Source of the DNA: an uncultured Acidobacteriota bacterium
GTDB lineage: Bacteria; Acidobacteriota; Terriglobia; Acidiferrales; UBA7541
Assembly (NCBI GenBank): GCA_963819625.1
Contig: CAWFWY010000018.1
Coordinates: forward strand, 172,857-236,856
DNA: 64,000 bases
Direction of reading: 5' to 3'
A program made the translations under genes and the position numbers. This document shows, piece after piece, positions 59,524-64,000 of this stretch. A model generated the notes under the pieces. It worked only from the letters and a program-made list of their open reading frames with translations. It was not told the origin of the DNA and did no database searches. The number at the start of each line of letters is the position of its first letter. Positions within the stretch are counted from its first letter, which is position 1.

Positions 59524-60785
59524 ATGCAATTCGCAGCCAAGGTAACGGTGGCGGGCTTGAACGAGACGCGAAACGGCACTCGTTCAAAGACAGATTGGCA
59601 TGCGATAGGGCCTGGAGCGATACTCAAACTCTTATTGCGGTGCTGCGCAGTGCTCATGGCTTTGGGAAGCATTGCTGCCGTATCGCTGATGGGCGTGCTT
59701 TCTTTCGGATGCTATGGGGCGGCCAAGCTTCTCGGCCGGGTTCGCCCCTTACGCGATGGGTATCAATTTCTCTCTCGGGCTTACGACCGGTTCATCGAGC
59801 GGCTCGGCCAAAAAATTCTGCGGGACTCCCGGGACACGCCTGCGCTACGACTCATGGTCTCCCTCACGTTGACCGCGGTGCCAATTTTCGCGATCCAACT
59901 TGTTCTAGGGAAACCTCGGCTTCTGCTGGCGGTCGCTTTCTATCTTTCGCTGTACGGTCTCAAGTTTCAGCGGTCGTGAGGATGTTCAGCGCCAAACACT
60001 TGGAGGCGCACCGGCCGCACGGCTACTTCTCGGAGAAATACGATAAGGTCTTTGGCCGCTACGTCGAATTCTTTCTCGGATATTTATACGGCGATCTTCC
60101 GGAACTGGGCCGGACAGTTCATGTCCGTCTCCACCATAAAGAGAACGGCGGCCCCGACGATAGTGTCTACACCAGTGGCTACGATCGAACGAATCCACTG
60201 GATTTCCTTTGGTATCTTTCGGACAACATTTGGACGACCCTGGGGTTTGCTCCGTACGCCTACTTTAAAGCCAGAGGCGATGAAAAGAACCGAAGACGAA
60301 TGTTATGGGGAATCACGCGGTACTGCGTTTATTTCGCAGCTGTCTTTGTTTACGACTGGAGAATTGGAATCGTGTTCGTGTTAGTTCCTCTTCTCTGCAT
60401 GAACTTCATCATGGCAATCACCGCGTGGGTTCAGCACGCCTTCTGCGACCCGGAACATCCCGACGATTATTTCGCAAATACCGTGACCATCTTTGATGAG
60501 GTGAACTTCATGAACGAAGGATACCACCTCTGTCATCACCACCGATCCGGCCTGCATTGGACTGAGATGCCCGCCCATCTGGAGCGGATTCGCGACAAGA
60601 TGAGAGAGTCTGGTTCCCTGGTCTTTCGGGACTTGGATTTTATGGAGCTCTTCGTGGAGTTGACTCTTCTTCGCAGAATGGATGTGCTTGCCGAGAGACT
60701 TGTCCCGTGGGAGCCCATGAATCACGAAGAGAGGCTGGCTCTGCTAGCGGAGAGAACGAAGCCGGTAAGAGCGGTTTCGGCTTGA
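59524..60785 (+). CDS. Fatty acid desaturase-family membrane protein, one indel near 59974
   Basis: His boxes HLEAH, HVRLHH and EGYHLCHHH; the N-terminal TMs are in the ORF ending at 59979. Confidence 0.82.
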
Positions 60786-60803
60786 GGGGTGATGGGAGAA
60801 GCA

Positions 60804-61637
60804 TTAGAAATCGGAGAACTGTTTGTACTGGCTCAGCAGAACACGCAGACCTGCGGCAAATCGCGAATCCTCCATCGCAAACACGATTCCCGAGTCGAGT
60901 GTCCACAGGGTAATTTGCCGCGCGCCATTCTTCGTCGCAAATGTTAAGACAAATTTTTTAGTGGCAAAGCTGTTTTGGCCAACAACCATTCTTTCGGGCT
61001 CTTCGCCGCGAATCTGTCCAGAGACCTCAGTGAGCTGGTATTTGTCGTTCACTCCTTCGAGAACAGCCAGAGTTACGGAACTGGTCTGGCCAGCCGCGGG
61101 TGGCGATTGATGCAGCACTTGCGTGAACAACAATGGAAACGGATATGGATACAGAAGCTCGTCCTGGCTCGCCGTCTTCAACCGCGCAGAAGCCTCGTGA
61201 CCCCTGCAGACAATCTTGGCTTCCTTAAATTGACAATTTGTAACATCGACTTGGCTGGAGTCATTCAGCTTTCTGCCCTTCACCACCAAACTTTGAACTG
61301 CCTGCTGTTTGGTGAGGTGCAAATCGATTTCCGTTTTCATGGCCAGGGATTTCATATCCTCCCTGAGTTGGGGTGACATCTTTGCGTCGAGTGCCGCTCC
61401 AATACCGGCCATGAGCATCAGGCCTGTGTCTTCTGGCAATTTGTCTTCGACTTCAAAGCCATCGTCGGTGCGCCAAATGGTCCAGGACTGCGCTGTATCC
61501 ATGACCGGATGCTCATCCTGCCAGTTCAGGTATTGTCCCTCCGCAACCTTTTCTCGTCGCGCCGAGTCTTGTGGAAACGCAACAGGAGCCGACGCCAGAA
61601 GAAATATCAAGACTGCGCCAAGAAAAAGTCTTCTCAT
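60804..61637 (-). CDS. Secreted hypothetical protein
   Basis: Signal peptide MRRLFLGAVLIFLLASAPVAF; beta-rich body. Confidence 0.7.
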   Translation of the reverse strand: MRRLFLGAVLIFLLASAPVAFPQDSARREKVAEGQYLNWQDEHPVMDTAQSWTIWRTDDGFEVEDKLPEDTGLMLMAGIGAALDAKMSPQLREDMKSLAMKTEIDLHLTKQQAVQSLVVKGRKLNDSSQVDVTNCQFKEAKIVCRGHEASARLKTASQDELLYPYPFPLLFTQVLHQSPPAAGQTSSVTLAVLEGVNDKYQLTEVSGQIRGEEPERMVVGQNSFATKKFVLTFATKNGARQITLWTLDSGIVFAMEDSRFAAGLRVLLSQYKQFSDF

Positions 61638-61876
61638 GCCTGAAATCCTAGCAAATAACAACACAGCAGGTGGAAAAAGCGGTCGGAGAGCCAGAAGACG
61701 AGGTCAAAGAAAAAGTCAAACGAAAGGCCCACCCTTCAACCCCCGTTGGGCACCCGCGTCCCGCTATTCAAATTGAACTACTTCGTTCCTTTGATGCTGG
61801 ACTTTCAGAAATCTCGGCCCTGCCACGCGGCTCCAACTAAGGTATAGAATCGACGCGTGCGGATCAGGAGGCTTCG

Positions 61877-62368
61877 GTGAAATTCCAAACATATTCGAGG
61901 ATCGTTGGTTTGTGTACAGGTCTGGCTCTGGTGGCATTCCCGGTGATCATTGGACAGGTCGCTGACCTGCCTATCAAACCCGGGCTCTGGGCTACCCGCG
62001 TAAGCCTTGACAAAGACGAGCCCATCGAAGATCAGGTTTGTTTTTCTGCCGGGATAACGCTCAAGGATTATCTAACGGCGACAAACACGGGCGCATCAGG
62101 CGCAAAGTGTGAAATAAATAACAAGACGCAGACTGCCCATGGAATTTCATATGACTCTGTCTGCACTGGCCGGGAGTTGAGTTCCAAAGCACATGTGGAT
62201 TTCAAGTTTTCCGATGCAGAGCATTTCAGTGGCGATAGTCACGCAACGGTATCCGGCTCGATGAGAGGCAAGCCAATAAATTCGGTCATAGATAAGACCT
62301 TCAGCGCGAGTTTCATTCGCTCGGATTGCGGCAGCATCAAGCCGCTAGTTCTGACACCGAGTAAGTAA
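61877..62368 (+). CDS. DUF3617-like secreted protein
   Basis: IKPGLWAT, four spaced Cys and terminal SDCGSIKP; AGGAGG RBS. Confidence 0.78.
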   Translation: MKFQTYSRIVGLCTGLALVAFPVIIGQVADLPIKPGLWATRVSLDKDEPIEDQVCFSAGITLKDYLTATNTGASGAKCEINNKTQTAHGISYDSVCTGRELSSKAHVDFKFSDAEHFSGDSHATVSGSMRGKPINSVIDKTFSASFIRSDCGSIKPLVLTPSK

Positions 62369-62438
62369 CTATCGAACCGACTAACCGAGAGGGGTTCGAC
62401 CGAGCCTTCGCGGCTGGCCAACCAGGGCAGCTCTCACC

Positions 62439-63782
62439 TTACGGCCGGCGCGCCAATTCGTCGCGGTAGGTCACTCCGCCTTTCATGACGAAGCCCACGC
62501 GCTCCAGCGCGGTGATGTCGCCCAGCGGATCGCCGGGTATTGCGATGATGTCGGCCAACTTGCCCACCGTCAGCGAGCCTACGCGGTCCTTCCACCCGAT
62601 GATCTCGGCGTTCAGAGAAGTGGCCGACACAATGGAAGCCATGGGAGATTCTCCGAGCTTAACGCGTTCAGCGAACTCCTTGGCATTCTGCCCGTGAGGA
62701 ATCACCAAAGCGTCAGTCCCGAAGCCGATGGGCAGGCCGGCGGCGAGCGCGCGCCGGAAGCCCGCGTACCCGATCAAGCGAATTTGCCGCGCGCGTTCCC
62801 GTTCGCTTTCGGGAAATGGATTGCCGTCGCCCGGCTGGTCGATGGCTACATAGGTGTAGAGCGTCGGCACGTAAAACACCTGCCGGTTGGAGGCTTTGAG
62901 GAGAGCGACGGCTTCGTCATCGAGGTACGAGCCGTGATCCACGGTGCGCACGCCCGCGCGAATCGCCGCCTTGATGCCATCAGCGCCATGAGCATGCGCC
63001 GCCACTTGCTTGCCCCAGCGCCGCGCCTCCACCACTGCGGCACGGATCTCCTCGTCTGAATACTGCTGCGCGCCTGGTGCAATTCCTGTTGAGAGCATTG
63101 CGCCGGTAGCCAGAATCTTGATGAAGTCCGCGCCGTTCTTGAGGTTGGTGCGTACTGCCTTGGTGACTTCCTCCGGGCCGTCGGCGAGATTTTTTACTAG
63201 CGGAACATCCACATAGATCGAAAACTGCCGCGCGTCTCCCGCTCCGCCGGTGGAGCTGACATAGTTGCCAGCCACTATCAGCCGCGGCCCGGGCACCGCG
63301 CCTGCGTCGATCGCCCGGCGCAGCTCAACATCCACATAGGGCCACACCGGACCCATGTCCCGGCAAGTGGTGAATCCCGCCAGCAATGTGATTCGAGCAT
63401 TGCGAGCGCCCCAGAGCGCGTCGCGGGCGGGCGTCGACTTTGTCAGAGCGTCTTCCCAGTGCACGCGCTCGTCGCCAGTGAGGTGGGTATGGAGATCGAT
63501 GAGCCCCGGCAGAAGCGTCGAGTCTCCCAGGTCAATCACGCGGGCGCCGCTGGGAATGCGCACGTTCGATCCGATCTCCACGATGCGCTCGCCCTCGATG
63601 CGAATCATCCCCGGAAGAAGGGGAGCCGCGCCGGTACCGTCGATTAATCGCGCGGCACGGAGGATGGTGACCTGCGCAGGCGGCAACTGAGCTGCGAGGA
63701 TCAATGGAGAAAGGATGAAAGCCAGCAACACCAAATGGAAAGTACGTTGCGTGCTGCGCTCGTGCATGGCGGCCAGGATCAT
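62439..63782 (-). CDS. Amidohydrolase (Xaa-Pro dipeptidase-like), probably secreted
   Basis: LPGLIDLHTH, GADFIKI, AAHAHG, VDHG and FGTD motifs. Confidence 0.92.
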   Translation of the reverse strand: MILAAMHERSTQRTFHLVLLAFILSPLILAAQLPPAQVTILRAARLIDGTGAAPLLPGMIRIEGERIVEIGSNVRIPSGARVIDLGDSTLLPGLIDLHTHLTGDERVHWEDALTKSTPARDALWGARNARITLLAGFTTCRDMGPVWPYVDVELRRAIDAGAVPGPRLIVAGNYVSSTGGAGDARQFSIYVDVPLVKNLADGPEEVTKAVRTNLKNGADFIKILATGAMLSTGIAPGAQQYSDEEIRAAVVEARRWGKQVAAHAHGADGIKAAIRAGVRTVDHGSYLDDEAVALLKASNRQVFYVPTLYTYVAIDQPGDGNPFPESERERARQIRLIGYAGFRRALAAGLPIGFGTDALVIPHGQNAKEFAERVKLGESPMASIVSATSLNAEIIGWKDRVGSLTVGKLADIIAIPGDPLGDITALERVGFVMKGGVTYRDELARRP

Positions 63783-64000
63783 GGTGATTCCGCTAAAGTG
63801 TCCTTGCATCTCAACATTATCGTGTGGAGCGCGATTCGAACGTGGCAAACTGGGATCTGCGCGCTCACCGGAAAAAAACCGACTCAGCATAACACCGAAC
63901 ATCGCATCACAATTCCGGAATTGTCTCCGGCTCGGAGCTTTCGCAGACCACGCCACCAAATCCTGACAAGCGGCGCTACGGGACAAGTCCAGTTCAAGTA

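Noticed and set aside
1-64000. CRISPR array, rRNA or prophage
   Set aside because: No regularly spaced direct repeats, rRNA-like sequence or phage structural genes were recognised.

Overview
A 64 kb GC-rich bacterial chromosome segment, most likely from Acidobacteriota (inferred from the PadR + duplicated-orphan-permease pair and other conserved hypothetical families). Core blocks: futalosine-type menaquinone genes (mqnE, UbiA-like, ubiX), larB, selA, purH, a TPR protein, ispE-prs-rplY-pth-rpsF-rpsR-rplI-dnaB, an ECF sigma/anti-sigma/ABC operon, alr-PIN/TRAM-ispD-ispF-(stand-alone GluRS-like anticodon domain)-rlmB, apt, ada and LolA/LolD-like genes. There are two accessory regions. The first (about 40.9-50.7 kb) holds IS30, a diguanylate cyclase, an ester cyclase, a cupin, an epoxide hydrolase and an MNIO operon. 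The second (about 56-64 kb) holds an IS5 remnant, a DCC1-MBL/MBOAT operon, a desaturase and an amidohydrolase. The best candidate for an undescribed system is the tightly coupled four-gene operon at 47687-50547: a nucleotidyltransferase-fold protein, a TIGR04222-type membrane protein ending in a six-Cys (C-G-x-G)n tail, a DUF692/MNIO iron oxidase and a 94-aa helical protein. This looks like a post-translational modification system whose substrate is a membrane protein's C-terminal tail. Also notable are a stand-alone GluRS anticodon-binding domain at the usual gltX position and a GIY-YIG pseudogene bracketed by inverted REP-like repeats that recur elsewhere in the window. Many genes, including essential ones, carry single-base indels that are most likely long-read assembly errors. 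No rRNA, tRNA or CRISPR array was recognised. All family assignments come from motif recognition by eye; no database searches were run.
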